Source: an uncultured Burkholderiales bacterium
GTDB lineage: Bacteria; Pseudomonadota; Gammaproteobacteria; Burkholderiales; SHXO01
Direction: 5' to 3'
NCBI GenBank assembly: GCA_964523885.1
Contig: CAZFYX010000038.1
Coordinates: 64,255 to 128,254, forward strand
Length of the DNA: 64,000 bases
Part shown: piece after piece, positions 1 to 9,095 of the stretch
Position numbering within the stretch: position 1 is the stretch's first letter
How the letters are laid out: the number at the start of each line of letters is the position of its first letter
Made by a program: the position numbers and the translations under genes
The notes under the pieces: model-generated
What the model saw: only the letters and a program-made list of their open reading frames with translations
Databases searched by the model: none
What the model was told of the DNA's origin: nothing

Positions 1-37
1 GGCTTGCGGATCGGGGAGGGGGCTCTGGCACAATAGG

Positions 38-682
38 GTGCACCGCAATCGCCTGGGAATGACGATGAGAACTGCAGGAGCGTGGGCATGCCGCACCGGG
101 GTTGCCCTTCTGGCCGCCATGCTGCTGGCCGCGTGCGCCAGCACCCGGTTCACCAGCCAGTGGAAGAGTCCCGACTACTCGGGCGCACCGATGCGCAAGG
201 TGCTGGTGGTGGGCGTGAGCAAGCAGCCCAGCGTGCGGCGCACGTTCGAAGACGAGTTCGTGGCTCGGCTGAAGGCGGCCGGCGTCGATGGCATCCAGAG
301 CTACACCGTGCTGCCCGACGAGGGCCGGGTCGAGCGTCCCGCGCTGGAAGCGGCGGTGAAGAGCACCGGCGCCGATGGCCTGCTGGTCGTGCGCCTGGTC
401 AAGCGCGAGCAGCAGACCCAGGTCGTGCAGGCCTATCCGACCGCGCCGCCTGCCGCGGGCATCTACGGCTGGTACGCCGGTGCGTGGAGCGGCTACTACG
501 AGCCGGCGACGGCGTACCAGTACGAGCTGGTTACGCTGGAGGCCAGCCTGTACAGCCCTGGCCAGGGCAACCTGGTCTGGTCGGCCACGACCGAGGGCTT
601 CGCGCCGACCAACCTGGAGAAGGACTCCGCCAGCTATGCCGATCTCATCATCGGCGCGCTGCGCAAGGAGCAGATCCTTTAG
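38..682 (+). CDS. putative lipoprotein, function unknown
   Basis: ORF with a signal peptide and lipobox (LLAAMLLAAC/AS). GTG at 38, but ATG at 59 or 65 is a more likely start. No catalytic motif recognised. Confidence 0.55.
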   Translation: MHRNRLGMTMRTAGAWACRTGVALLAAMLLAACASTRFTSQWKSPDYSGAPMRKVLVVGVSKQPSVRRTFEDEFVARLKAAGVDGIQSYTVLPDEGRVERPALEAAVKSTGADGLLVVRLVKREQQTQVVQAYPTAPPAAGIYGWYAGAWSGYYEPATAYQYELVTLEASLYSPGQGNLVWSATTEGFAPTNLEKDSASYADLIIGALRKEQIL

Positions 683-722
683 CGGCCGGTGTGCACCCTG
701 GCAGTCCGGAGGGCCGGCCCTG

Positions 723-2066
723 CTACTGCACCGCGCAGGCCCTGAAGCTGCGCTCCAGTTCGGCGCGATCCAGGTTGCGGCCGATGAACACCAGGCGGTT
801 GGAGCGCGCCGTTCCGTTCCAGGATCCGTTGGCACGGCCGTCGAAGAGCATGTGCACGCCCTGGAACACGAAGCGCTCGTCCTCGCCGTGAATGTTGAGC
901 AGCCCCTTCATCCGGAAGATGTCGGCGCCCTTCGTCTGTAGCAGGCGCGAGAGCCAGCTGTTGACCTTGTCGCCGTCCACCGCCCCGCCGAACTCGATCG
1001 CCACCGACGTGACGCTGTCGTCGTGGCTGTGTGCAGCGGAGAAGTCCTGGCGCTCCAGCGGGTCTAGAGCGCTCCCCAGCGCTCCGGTGATGCGCAGCGC
1101 GAACTCCTCGGGGAGATGTTGCGTGAACAGGACGTAGCGCCCAGCCGCAGGCACCCGCAGCGGGTAGCGGCTCGTCGGGCCGGCAGCCGGGGCGATGGAC
1201 CAGTGGCGAGGCCCGGCGTCCAGCGCCATCCCGGGCGCGAGCGTGGCCGGCTCCAGGGCGAAGGTCCGCACCGCGCGCTCGGCCTCGACGGATAGCTCCG
1301 GACGCTTTGCGTCCTCGCGCAGCAGTGCCACCGACATCGTCGGATCCGGTCCCGGGCCCAGCTCCAGCACCGCGCCGTCGCGCGGCAGATCGAAGCGCAT
1401 CGCGCACTCGAACGGGTACTCGGGCGCCAGGAACGTCGGCTTGATCTCCAGCGCGCGGTCGAGGTCGAACCCGCCCAGATCGAGGACATCCTCCATCGGG
1501 GCATCGGCCATCGTCACGCGGCGCAGGCGTGCCGCGGCGTTGATCGAGCGGATGCGGCGTTCGAGCGCGTCCAGCTCCGCGGAGTCGACGAGGTCGATCT
1601 TGTTGATGAGGATGACATCCGCGAAGGCGATCTGCGCCTTCGCCTCGTCGCTCTGGTCCAGGTGCAGGCCCAGGTGACGGGCGTCGACCACGGTGACGAT
1701 GCCGTCGAGGGCGAGGTCCTCGCGCACGTCGTCGTCCACGAAGAAGGTCTGCGCGACCGGCCCGGGATCGGCCAGGCCGGTGGTCTCGATCACGACGCGG
1801 TCGAAGCGGTCGCGGCGTTTCATCAGGCTGGCGAGAATGCGGATGAGGTCGCCGCGCACGGTGCAGCAGATGCACCCGTTGTTCATCTCGAAGATCTCCT
1901 CGTCGGCCCGGATCACCAGGTCCTGGTCGACGCCGATCTCGCCGAACTCGTTCTCGATCACCGCGATGCGCTGGCCGTGGCTCTCGGTCAGGATGCGGTT
2001 GAGCAGGGTGGTCTTGCCGGCACCGAGGAAGCCGGTCAGCACAGTCACTGGGATGCGCCTGGGCAT
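723..2066 (-). CDS. COG0523 (CobW/YeiR-like) G3E-family metallochaperone GTPase, long form (447 aa)
   Basis: P-loop GFLGAGKTT, metal-binding CxCC motif (GCICCTV), CobW-type C-terminal domain ([12 protein letters not shown]...VFQGVH). SD AGGTGA precedes the ATG at 2066. Confidence 0.85.
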   Translation of the reverse strand: MPRRIPVTVLTGFLGAGKTTLLNRILTESHGQRIAVIENEFGEIGVDQDLVIRADEEIFEMNNGCICCTVRGDLIRILASLMKRRDRFDRVVIETTGLADPGPVAQTFFVDDDVREDLALDGIVTVVDARHLGLHLDQSDEAKAQIAFADVILINKIDLVDSAELDALERRIRSINAAARLRRVTMADAPMEDVLDLGGFDLDRALEIKPTFLAPEYPFECAMRFDLPRDGAVLELGPGPDPTMSVALLREDAKRPELSVEAERAVRTFALEPATLAPGMALDAGPRHWSIAPAAGPTSRYPLRVPAAGRYVLFTQHLPEEFALRITGALGSALDPLERQDFSAAHSHDDSVTSVAIEFGGAVDGDKVNSWLSRLLQTKGADIFRMKGLLNIHGEDERFVFQGVHMLFDGRANGSWNGTARSNRLVFIGRNLDRAELERSFRACAVQ

Positions 2067-2107
2067 GCTCTCACCTGTAGGGGCAGCGAGGCGCGAGGTT
2101 ACTCCAT

Positions 2108-2124
2108 ATGCAACTTAGTGGCAA
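2108..2124. promoter_or_regulatory. Zur-box-like palindrome, degenerate copy (ATGCAACTTAGTGGCAA)
   Basis: Two mismatches to ATGCAAC-N3-GTTGCAT. Lies in the divergent spacer, 42 nt upstream of the COG0523 ATG (2066) and just upstream of the WD40 gene. Confidence 0.45.
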
Positions 2125-2168
2125 GTAGAGCTATGCTATGCGGCTTTACCGATCGAGGACCCGCAGCC

Positions 2169-3209
2169 ATGACCCGAGCCGCCATCCAGGAGGATGCCTT
2201 CGTTGTCCGCGAATGGGCGCTGGACGCCTATGTCGTCGGAGCCTGCTGGAGCCGTGACGGCGCCCATGCGGCCTTCGGCCTTGGCGATGGCACCGTGCAC
2301 CTGGTTGCTGCGGCTGCCGGGCCGGCGGCCGACCCGGTAGCCGTGCGCCTTGCGCAGGGCCAGGTGCTCTGCATCGTTCCCGATGCCGCGGCCGATGCGT
2401 TCCTGTGCAGCACGGACGACGGCCGCGTAAGCAGCGTATCCGCAGCCCGTCCACCCGAGCTGCGGATGGCGCATCCCGGCGCCTGGCTGGACGCGTTGGC
2501 GACGCATCCGGCCGGCGCCCGCGCCGCAGCCGCCGGCAATGTCGTGCATCTGCTCGCAGGCGAAGGCGACGCCTGCAAGCTCGGCCCGCATCCGAGCACC
2601 GTGGCCGGTATAGCGTTCCGCTCCGACGGCCGGCAGCTCGCAGCTGCGCACTACGAGGCGGTGTCGCTGTGGGGGCTGGACGGGAAGACGGCGGGGCCGC
2701 GCCGGCTCGAGTTCCCCGGGTCGCACCTGCTGGTTTCGTACAGCCCGGACGGGCGGTTCGTCGCCACCGGCACGCAGGAAAAGGAGGTGCACGTCTGGCG
2801 CACGGCGGATGGCTCGGACCTGCGCATGAGCGGCTACTACGCGAAGGTCAGGGCGTTGTCGTGGAGCGGCGATTCGCGCTGGTTGCTCACCAGCGGCGCC
2901 GACACCGCGATCGCATGGCGCTTCGATGGCGATGGGCCGGAAGGAAAGCCGCCGCGGATGCTGGGTCCCGACACCAGCAGCCACGTCACGCAGGTCGCGT
3001 GTCACCCGTCGCTGCCGGTCGTGGCGATTGGTTACGCGGACGGTGCGCTCGCGCTCGCCCGCATCGGGAAGCCGGCGCGCGAAGTGGCGCTGCGCGCCGG
3101 TGATGGCACTGCCATCACGGCGATGGCATTCTCGCCCGACGGCGGGCGGCTGGCGGTGGGCGGCCGGGGCGGCGTCGCGCTGGTCTACGAATGGGCCGAG
3201 GCGCAATAG
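2169..3209 (+). CDS. WD40-repeat beta-propeller protein
   Basis: Repeated ~40-aa units ending in W/hydrophobic-D/G motifs (VHVWRTADGS, AIAWRFDGDG, VSLWGLDG, GTVHLV). GAGGA lies 9 nt before the ATG at 2169; alternative ATG at 2133. The upstream part of the track ORF (from 1662) is antisense to the COG0523 gene. Confidence 0.7.
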   Translation: MTRAAIQEDAFVVREWALDAYVVGACWSRDGAHAAFGLGDGTVHLVAAAAGPAADPVAVRLAQGQVLCIVPDAAADAFLCSTDDGRVSSVSAARPPELRMAHPGAWLDALATHPAGARAAAAGNVVHLLAGEGDACKLGPHPSTVAGIAFRSDGRQLAAAHYEAVSLWGLDGKTAGPRRLEFPGSHLLVSYSPDGRFVATGTQEKEVHVWRTADGSDLRMSGYYAKVRALSWSGDSRWLLTSGADTAIAWRFDGDGPEGKPPRMLGPDTSSHVTQVACHPSLPVVAIGYADGALALARIGKPAREVALRAGDGTAITAMAFSPDGGRLAVGGRGGVALVYEWAEAQ

Positions 3210-3257
3210 GCGGCGGGCGCGGGAGCGGGGCCGCGCTGCGGCGGCCCTGCTCGAGCC

Positions 3258-4406
3258 CTACACGACAGCGATCGGATTGCCCGGCGAGCCGGTCGCCCCC
3301 TTGATCGGAATCGGAGAGAAGATGTAGGCGAACTTGTAGGCCTTGTCCGCGGCGAGGTGGTCGAGCCGCAGGTTCTCGTGGATGTGGATGCCGTTGCGCG
3401 TGAGCAGAATCTGGTGCACCGGGAAGGCGAGATTGGGGTCCGGGTTGGGCACCACTTCGATCGCCCAGCAGTCTGCGCCGCCCACCGACATGCCCTTGGA
3501 CGCGAGCCAGTTCGCGGCCTCGACGCCGATCCCCGGCTCGCCGGAATTGAAGCGCGCGTTGTCCTTCATCCACAGCGCCTCAGCCCAGCCGGTGCGCCAC
3601 ACGCCCGCGAATCCCGGCGTAAGGTCGGCCTCGGACATGCCTTGCCGCTGCAGGCAGGCCTTCAGGTCTGCCAGCGTGATCTCCTCGCCCTTCTCCAGCA
3701 TGCGCCCCTTCAGTCCCATCACGTCGAACAGGATGCCGCGGCAGAAGAACGGCTTGACGTTCTCGACGCCGAGCTTTTGCAGGCCGTACGCACCCACCGT
3801 GGCGCCGGCCGCAGCGTTGTTGTTGTACAGCTCCGTGCCGGTGATCCCGTTGTAGTAGATCTCCTTCGATGCATCCCCGGCTGCCCCGGTGCGTGCGCCG
3901 ATGTGGCCCAGGCCGTCGAACTGAGTGCCCACCTGGCCGATCTCGGTCGTGAGGATCTCGTCGTGCCAGATGGTCTGGTTCTTCCCGTACGCCCCGCCGG
4001 TGGGCGCGCCAGGGATGCGCAGCACGAACGCGCGCTGGCCGAACAGCGGCATGCCGAACTCGTAGACGCGGCCCAGGCTGTAGACCTTGCCGGTGCGGAT
4101 CAGGCTCACCGCGTCCATGGTCGTCTTCGGTCCCATGTGGTTGGTCGCACCGACCTGATCGTCCTTGCCCCAGCGCGACGGCCACCACTTCGTGCCCATG
4201 GGCGTACCCTCGATGGTGCCTTCCGCCGCCGCGGCCGGCTTGACCAGGTCGAGCTCGTGCATGGCCACGGTGGCAGCACCCACGGCCGCGGTTGCCATCG
4301 CGGCCTGCTTGATGAAGTCACGCCGCGGCTTCGACGCGGGCTCGGACGGTTCCTGGTCCGGCTGCGCCGCTGGCAGGTCCTGCTGCTGCTGCTGCTTCTC
4401 CTCCAT
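3258..4406 (-). CDS. cyclase-family (kynurenine-formamidase-like fold) protein with twin-arginine signal peptide
   Basis: Tat motif PRRDFIKQAAMATAAVGA. Cyclase-family core motif region reads QVGTQFDGLGH. Strong SD AAGGAGAAG before the ATG at 4406; the track ORF extends further to a GTG at 4478. Confidence 0.7.
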   Translation of the reverse strand: MEEKQQQQQDLPAAQPDQEPSEPASKPRRDFIKQAAMATAAVGAATVAMHELDLVKPAAAAEGTIEGTPMGTKWWPSRWGKDDQVGATNHMGPKTTMDAVSLIRTGKVYSLGRVYEFGMPLFGQRAFVLRIPGAPTGGAYGKNQTIWHDEILTTEIGQVGTQFDGLGHIGARTGAAGDASKEIYYNGITGTELYNNNAAAGATVGAYGLQKLGVENVKPFFCRGILFDVMGLKGRMLEKGEEITLADLKACLQRQGMSEADLTPGFAGVWRTGWAEALWMKDNARFNSGEPGIGVEAANWLASKGMSVGGADCWAIEVVPNPDPNLAFPVHQILLTRNGIHIHENLRLDHLAADKAYKFAYIFSPIPIKGATGSPGNPIAVV

Positions 4407-4449
4407 TGCTCTTCTCCTTGGTTTGCCCGACCGGGCCCGATATCTAGAC

Positions 4450-4466
4450 TTGCAACGCAGTTGCAT
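4450..4466. promoter_or_regulatory. candidate Zur operator (TTGCAACGCAGTTGCAT)
   Basis: Core TGCAAC-GCA-GTTGCA is a perfect inverted repeat. Lies 44 nt upstream of the cyclase ATG (4406, minus strand) and 87 nt upstream of the zur ATG (4553, plus strand). Confidence 0.6.
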
Positions 4467-4552
4467 GGGCCGGTACACTAACAGTGCCTGCTGCTGTTAC
4501 AACATTGCAGAACGCGGTCTGGCGCCGTGCAGGGGCAGAGGGAGAGTCGGGC

Positions 4553-5059
4553 ATGACGGGCTGTGCCGCGCTTGGCAATGGTGGACTTCCGAAAGACCTG
4601 GTCGAGCGCGCCCGGCGCCTGTGCGATGCGCGCGGCCAGCGCTTCACGCCGATGCGCGCGGCAGTCTTCCAGATCGTGGCGGGGACCAGGCACCCGATGG
4701 GCGCCTACGAGATCATGGACCGCCTGTTGGCGGCCGGGCTCGAGGTCGCCGCGCCGACGGTCTACCGTGCGCTCGACTTCCTGCAGCGGCAGCAACTGAT
4801 CCACCGGGTGGAGTCGCTTAACGCATTCATGCCGTGCACGCAGCCCGAGACCCACCATGACTGCCAGTTCCTCATCTGTACCGGTTGCGGCACGACGGCG
4901 GAGATCGAGGCGAGCGGGGTGATGTCGCGCCTGGCGCACTCCGCGCGCGGGCTGGGCTTCTCCATCAGCGACGCCGTGGTGGAGCTCAAGGGCATGTGCG
5001 CGAGCTGCCGCAATGCGCTGCTGGCGCTGACTGACCGCGCCAAGCGGCGGCCCGCGTAG
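4553..5059 (+). CDS. zur: Fur-family zinc uptake regulator
   Basis: Winged-helix region (FTPMRAAVFQIVAG...GAYEIMDRL), CxxC pairs (CTGCG, CASC) and the HHDCQFLIC metal site. Sits among znu and COG0523 genes. ATG at 4553 with GGGAGAG upstream; the track ORF starts earlier, at 4484. Confidence 0.8.
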   Translation: MTGCAALGNGGLPKDLVERARRLCDARGQRFTPMRAAVFQIVAGTRHPMGAYEIMDRLLAAGLEVAAPTVYRALDFLQRQQLIHRVESLNAFMPCTQPETHHDCQFLICTGCGTTAEIEASGVMSRLAHSARGLGFSISDAVVELKGMCASCRNALLALTDRAKRRPA

Positions 5060-5078
5060 GGCCGCGAGCGCGGGTGCC

Positions 5079-6170
5079 CTACACCGGCAGGGACGGGTCG
5101 CTCGCAGACCGCTGCCGGCGCTGTTCGCGTTCGTGGCTGCGTTGCACGAACACCGGGAGGTCGCGCTGGAGGCTCGACGCGACCGCGTCGCGCTCCAGCT
5201 CGCGCGTGACGAACACCAGGCGGGTGCGCTGGTCCGTCGAGGTCCAGCCGGGCAGCTGCACGGGCGGCTGCAGCACCTGCTGCACGCCGTGGATGAGCAC
5301 CGGCGCGGGGTTGCCGTACACGTTCACGACGCCCTTCGTCCGGTACAGCACGTCGCCGTTGAGGCGCACGCCGGCATCGAGCCACTGGTGGAATGCCTCC
5401 CACTCCACGGGCTCGTCGATGGAAACGGCGAACGCGTGCAGGTCGCCTTCGAGCTGGGACGACTCCGGGCCGAAGCGATTCGCGCGCAACCACGCTTCGA
5501 TCGGCTCGCCGCGCTGCAGGACCGCGTGGTAGCCGGCCGGCGTCAGTGCACCGGAGATCGATTCGCCGGGGCCCATGCGGCAGATGTCCGCAGCGGGATT
5601 GAGCGCACGCAAGCGTTCCTCGAGGCGCGCCACGTGCATGCCGGCTGCGCGATCGATCCCGGTCAGGACGACCCGGTCGCACACCGCGAGCTGCTTGAGC
5701 GCGTGCGTGGCAGCCCCGACGGCGTCCTGCGGCAGCCCCGCATCGAGCAAGCAGACGACGCTGCACAACCGGTAGTACTGCGTCACCAGGGCATTGTTCA
5801 GCAGCGTCTGCATGACCGGTGCCGGGTCTGCGCCTGCGGCAGTCTCGATCACCACGTGGTCGAACGCGGGCGCCTCGTCCCGACTGCGCCGCGCGTACAT
5901 CCGGCGCAGCGCGTCGACCAGGGCGGAGCGGCCGGTGCAGCACAGGCAGCCGATCGCGTGCGGCACCATCTGTCCCTCGATCGCCTCGGCCACACAGGCC
6001 TGGGCGCGGGTCTCGCCCAGCTCGTTGAGCAGTGCCGCTGCACGACCTCGTGCCGGATCCGCTGCCAGGATGTTCAGCAGTGCGGTCTTGCCGCTGCCCC
6101 TTGCGCCGAGCAGCACGGTGACCGGAATGCGGTCGTCGTGTAGGATCGATTCGAACTGCCACATCGTCAT
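5079..6170 (-). CDS. COG0523 (CobW-like) G3E-family GTPase, second paralogue
   Basis: P-loop GARGSGKTA, CxCC motif (GCLCCTG), CobW C-terminal domain (YRTKGVVNVYG...IHGVQ). Last gene of the znuCBA transcription unit, 45 nt after znuA. Confidence 0.8.
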   Translation of the reverse strand: MTMWQFESILHDDRIPVTVLLGARGSGKTALLNILAADPARGRAAALLNELGETRAQACVAEAIEGQMVPHAIGCLCCTGRSALVDALRRMYARRSRDEAPAFDHVVIETAAGADPAPVMQTLLNNALVTQYYRLCSVVCLLDAGLPQDAVGAATHALKQLAVCDRVVLTGIDRAAGMHVARLEERLRALNPAADICRMGPGESISGALTPAGYHAVLQRGEPIEAWLRANRFGPESSQLEGDLHAFAVSIDEPVEWEAFHQWLDAGVRLNGDVLYRTKGVVNVYGNPAPVLIHGVQQVLQPPVQLPGWTSTDQRTRLVFVTRELERDAVASSLQRDLPVFVQRSHEREQRRQRSASDPSLPV

Positions 6171-6215
6171 CGTCGGTCGCTCGTGCTCGGCTGCCTGCAG
6201 TCAGGCGTGGGGACG

Positions 6216-7142
6216 CTATCGCTCCGGCCCGCGCAAGGCCCGGACGAGCTGCCCCACGTTGTGCCGGAACATGTCGAGGTAGGTGGATGCAGGCCCGTCC
6301 GGCCCGGACCGCGCGTCGGAATACAGCGTGCCGCCGATGCGTGCACCACTTTCCTTCGCGACCTGCTCCAGCAGGCGCGGACTGCTGATGTTCTCGAGGA
6401 ACATGGCGCTGATCCTATCCCGGCGGATGCGCTCGGTCAGCGCGGCGATGTCGCGAGCCGAGGTCTCCGATTCGGTGCTCACGCCGACCAGGTGGATGAA
6501 CTCGACGTCGTACGCGCTGCCGAAGTAGGCGAATGCATCGTGGGAGGTGATGACGCGGCGCTGTGCGCGCGGAATCGCACCGAACTCCCGCCGGACGGAT
6601 GCGTCCAGTTGCTCGATGCTCGCCGCATAGCGTCGGGCCCGCGCAGCATGGTTGGCTGCCCTGCGCGGATCGGCCGCGGCGAGACCGCGAGCGATGTTGT
6701 CCACGTAGATGCGAGCGTTGGCCAGGTTCTGCCATGCGTGAGGATCGAGCGCGGTGTGCTGCTTGCCGTCCGGGCCGGTAGCAGTCTCCTGCAGGGGAGA
6801 CACTCCCGCGCTGGCGACCACGATCGGACCGCGATACCCGGAGGCTGCAACCAGGCGGTCGATCCAGCCCTCGAAGCCCAGCCCGTTGACGACCACGAGG
6901 TCCGCCGCCGCCAGGCTGCGTGCGTCGGCGGGCGAGGGCGAGTAGATATGCGCGTCCGCGTCGGGCCCCACCAGCGCGGTGACCCGTACACCGTCTCCCC
7001 CGACATTGCGGACGAGGTCGGCGAGGATGCTGAACGAGGCCACCACGGCGACTTTGCCATCGTCGGCGGCGTGGGCCAGGGTTGCTGGTGCGAGCAATGC
7101 CAGCGCGAGGCGGGCAACGATCGAGCGCAGGATGCGGGTCAT
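6216..7142 (-). CDS. znuA: metal ABC transporter periplasmic substrate-binding protein (cluster A-I, ZnuA-like)
   Basis: Signal peptide followed by the typical VVASFSILADLVRNVGG...DAHIY.PSP...DPHAWQN motifs. Zinc specificity is inferred from context (zur, COG0523), not from a His-rich loop, which I do not see. Confidence 0.75.
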   Translation of the reverse strand: MTRILRSIVARLALALLAPATLAHAADDGKVAVVASFSILADLVRNVGGDGVRVTALVGPDADAHIYSPSPADARSLAAADLVVVNGLGFEGWIDRLVAASGYRGPIVVASAGVSPLQETATGPDGKQHTALDPHAWQNLANARIYVDNIARGLAAADPRRAANHAARARRYAASIEQLDASVRREFGAIPRAQRRVITSHDAFAYFGSAYDVEFIHLVGVSTESETSARDIAALTERIRRDRISAMFLENISSPRLLEQVAKESGARIGGTLYSDARSGPDGPASTYLDMFRHNVGQLVRALRGPER

Positions 7143-7145
7143 GTC

Positions 7146-8012
7146 TCAGCCTTGCAGATGCGGTGTGCGCAAGTAGCGGTGCACGAGGCCTCCGCGGCGG
7201 CCTGCGATCACCGAGATTGCATAGGCGGCCCCGGCCGTCAGCACCACGGCTGGCCCGGATGGCGCACCCAGGTGAAAGGAGAGCAGCAGGCCGATCAGCC
7301 CGCTGCCGAACGCGATGCCCATGCTCGCTGCGGACATGGTCCACACGTTCTGCGCCCAGAAGCGGGCGGCTGCTGCGGGCAGCATCATGAGACCCACTGC
7401 CATGAGCGTGCCAAGCGCCTGGAAGCCTGCGACCAGGTTGAGGACGACCAGCACCAGGAACAGGAGATGGTAGAACGCGCCGCGACCCTGCACGGCGCGC
7501 AGGAAGCCCGGATCGAAGGACTCCACGATGAGCGCACGGTACGTCGCCGCCATGGTGAGCACGGTGACGGTCGAGATCGACGCCATAAGCAACAGCGTGG
7601 CATCGTCGACTGCGAGCACCGTCCCGAACAGCATGTGGGTCAGGTCGACGCTGCTGCCATGCAGGGAAACGATCATCACCCCGAGCGCGAGCGAGATCAG
7701 GTAGAAGGCGGCAAAGCTGGCATCCTCCCGCAGCAGCGTGGTGCGCGTGACCACGCCTGCGAGCAACGCCACCGCCAGGCCGGCGACGAGCCCGCCGAGG
7801 CCCATCGCCAGCGCGGACGCGCCGGCCAGCAGGAAGCCGACCGCGACGCCGGGCAGCACCGCGTGCGCCATGGCGTCTCCGGTCAGGCTCATGCGCCGCA
7901 GCAGCAACAGCACGCCGACCGGCCCGCACGCGATCGCCAGGGCGAAGCAGGCGACGAGCGCGCGCCGCATGAAACCGTACTCCAGGAATGGCGCAACCAA
8001 GAAGGCGTACAT
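7146..8012 (-). CDS. znuB: metal ABC transporter permease (ZnuB-like)
   Basis: Polytopic membrane protein with the typical N-terminus MYAFLVAPFLEYGFMRRAL. Its ATG lies 2 nt after the znuC stop. Confidence 0.85.
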   Translation of the reverse strand: MYAFLVAPFLEYGFMRRALVACFALAIACGPVGVLLLLRRMSLTGDAMAHAVLPGVAVGFLLAGASALAMGLGGLVAGLAVALLAGVVTRTTLLREDASFAAFYLISLALGVMIVSLHGSSVDLTHMLFGTVLAVDDATLLLMASISTVTVLTMAATYRALIVESFDPGFLRAVQGRGAFYHLLFLVLVVLNLVAGFQALGTLMAVGLMMLPAAAARFWAQNVWTMSAASMGIAFGSGLIGLLLSFHLGAPSGPAVVLTAGAAYAISVIAGRRGGLVHRYLRTPHLQG

Positions 8013-8014
8013 CG

Positions 8015-8749
8015 TCAATGGACCGGTCTCTCGCAGACGGGCGCATCGACGTCCCATGCCTCTGCCATGCGCCGCGCTTGGAGCAGATTGTCGGGTGTGA
8101 GCACGTCTGCCGTGCGGCCCCAGGCGATCGCATCGCGCGCCAGCAAGAGGGTGTGTGGAAACCACTCGCGCACCTGGTCGAGGTCGTGCAGCACGGCGAC
8201 CACGGTGCGGTGCTCGTCATGCCAGTGGCACACCAGGTCCAGCAGGCTGTGCGTGGTGCGCTCATCGATCGCCGAGAAGGGCTCGTCGAGCAGCAGCAGC
8301 GGTGCGTCCTGGAGCATGAGGCGCGCGAACAGCACGCGCTGGAACTGTCCGGCAGACAGGCTGACGAGGTAACGGGCCTCGAATCCGGCAAGGCCGACGG
8401 CGGCCAGCGCGGCGCGCGCCATGTCGTGCTCGCGCCGGCGCAGCGCTGCGAATGCACCCCGGTTCCGCCAGTGCCCCATCAGCACGGTGTCGAGGACGCT
8501 GACGGGGAAGCTGCGGTCGATCTCCGCCTGCTGGGGGAGATAGGCAATTTGCGAGCGGTCGATGCCGGCGAGCCGGATCCCGCCCTGAGCCAGCGGAAGC
8601 CATCCCATGATGGCCTTGAGCAGGGTGCTCTTGCCGGCGCCGTTGGGCCCCACCACGGCGGTCATGCTGCCGCGCTCAAATCCTCCGCTCAGGTGATGGA
8701 TGGCAGGGTGCCTGGCGTAGGCGACAGTGAGGTTCTCGATCTGGATCAT
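8015..8749 (-). CDS. znuC: metal ABC transporter ATP-binding protein (ZnuC-like)
   Basis: Walker A GPNGAGKST, signature LSAGQFQR, Walker B LLLLDEP. Start taken at MIQIENLTVAY; the 134 upstream codons of the track ORF look non-coding. Confidence 0.85.
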   Translation of the reverse strand: MIQIENLTVAYARHPAIHHLSGGFERGSMTAVVGPNGAGKSTLLKAIMGWLPLAQGGIRLAGIDRSQIAYLPQQAEIDRSFPVSVLDTVLMGHWRNRGAFAALRRREHDMARAALAAVGLAGFEARYLVSLSAGQFQRVLFARLMLQDAPLLLLDEPFSAIDERTTHSLLDLVCHWHDEHRTVVAVLHDLDQVREWFPHTLLLARDAIAWGRTADVLTPDNLLQARRMAEAWDVDAPVCERPVH

Positions 8750-8920
8750 GCCCAGCCAGTTCCCTGTTGCTCTGATGGGGACCGCAGCGCTCCCGCCGGC
8801 AAGGGACGGCGCCTCCGGTCCGAGTGCCCGCGCGGGGAGCGGGGCCCGGCTTCCGCACGCAGGCCGAGATGGCCGGACGCACGCGTGCAGGGATTGGGCC
8901 GTGATGCGGCGGCCGGCCGT

Positions 8921-8951
8921 GAAAGAACAGGCGGAGCGCCCGCTCCGCCTG
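8921..8951 (-). terminator. intrinsic-terminator-like hairpin inside the znuC upstream region
   Basis: On the minus strand, CAGGCGGAGCG-GG-CGCTCCGCCTG (11-bp GC stem) is followed by TTCTTTC. Confidence 0.45.
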
Positions 8952-9078
8952 AAACCACCACGACAATGGCAGGGCCCCGATACTTCTTGGTCGCAGACCC
9001 GTGCGGCGCGAGTTGCCGCGCTTGATCGGGTCCGCGACTGGAGCCACCCGCGACGATGGTATCGCAGCCCGCCAGAGA

Positions 9079-9095
9079 TTGCAACACAGTTGCAT
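9079..9095. promoter_or_regulatory. candidate Zur operator (TTGCAACACAGTTGCAT)
   Basis: Same palindrome as at 4450 and 12048. Lies 30 nt downstream of the ABC ATPase stop (9126) and 330 nt upstream of the znuC ATG (8749). Confidence 0.55.

Noticed and set aside
684-719. GGCCGG...CCGGCC stem between the convergent genes at 682 and 723, as a bidirectional terminator.
   Set aside because: The stem is short and interrupted with no T-tracts, so it is too weak to report as a feature.
4494-4511. TGTTACAACATTGCAGAA between the 4450 operator and zur, as a possible second Zur site.
   Set aside because: Only one half-site (ACAAC) matches. The other half matches in 3 of 7 positions at the correct spacing.
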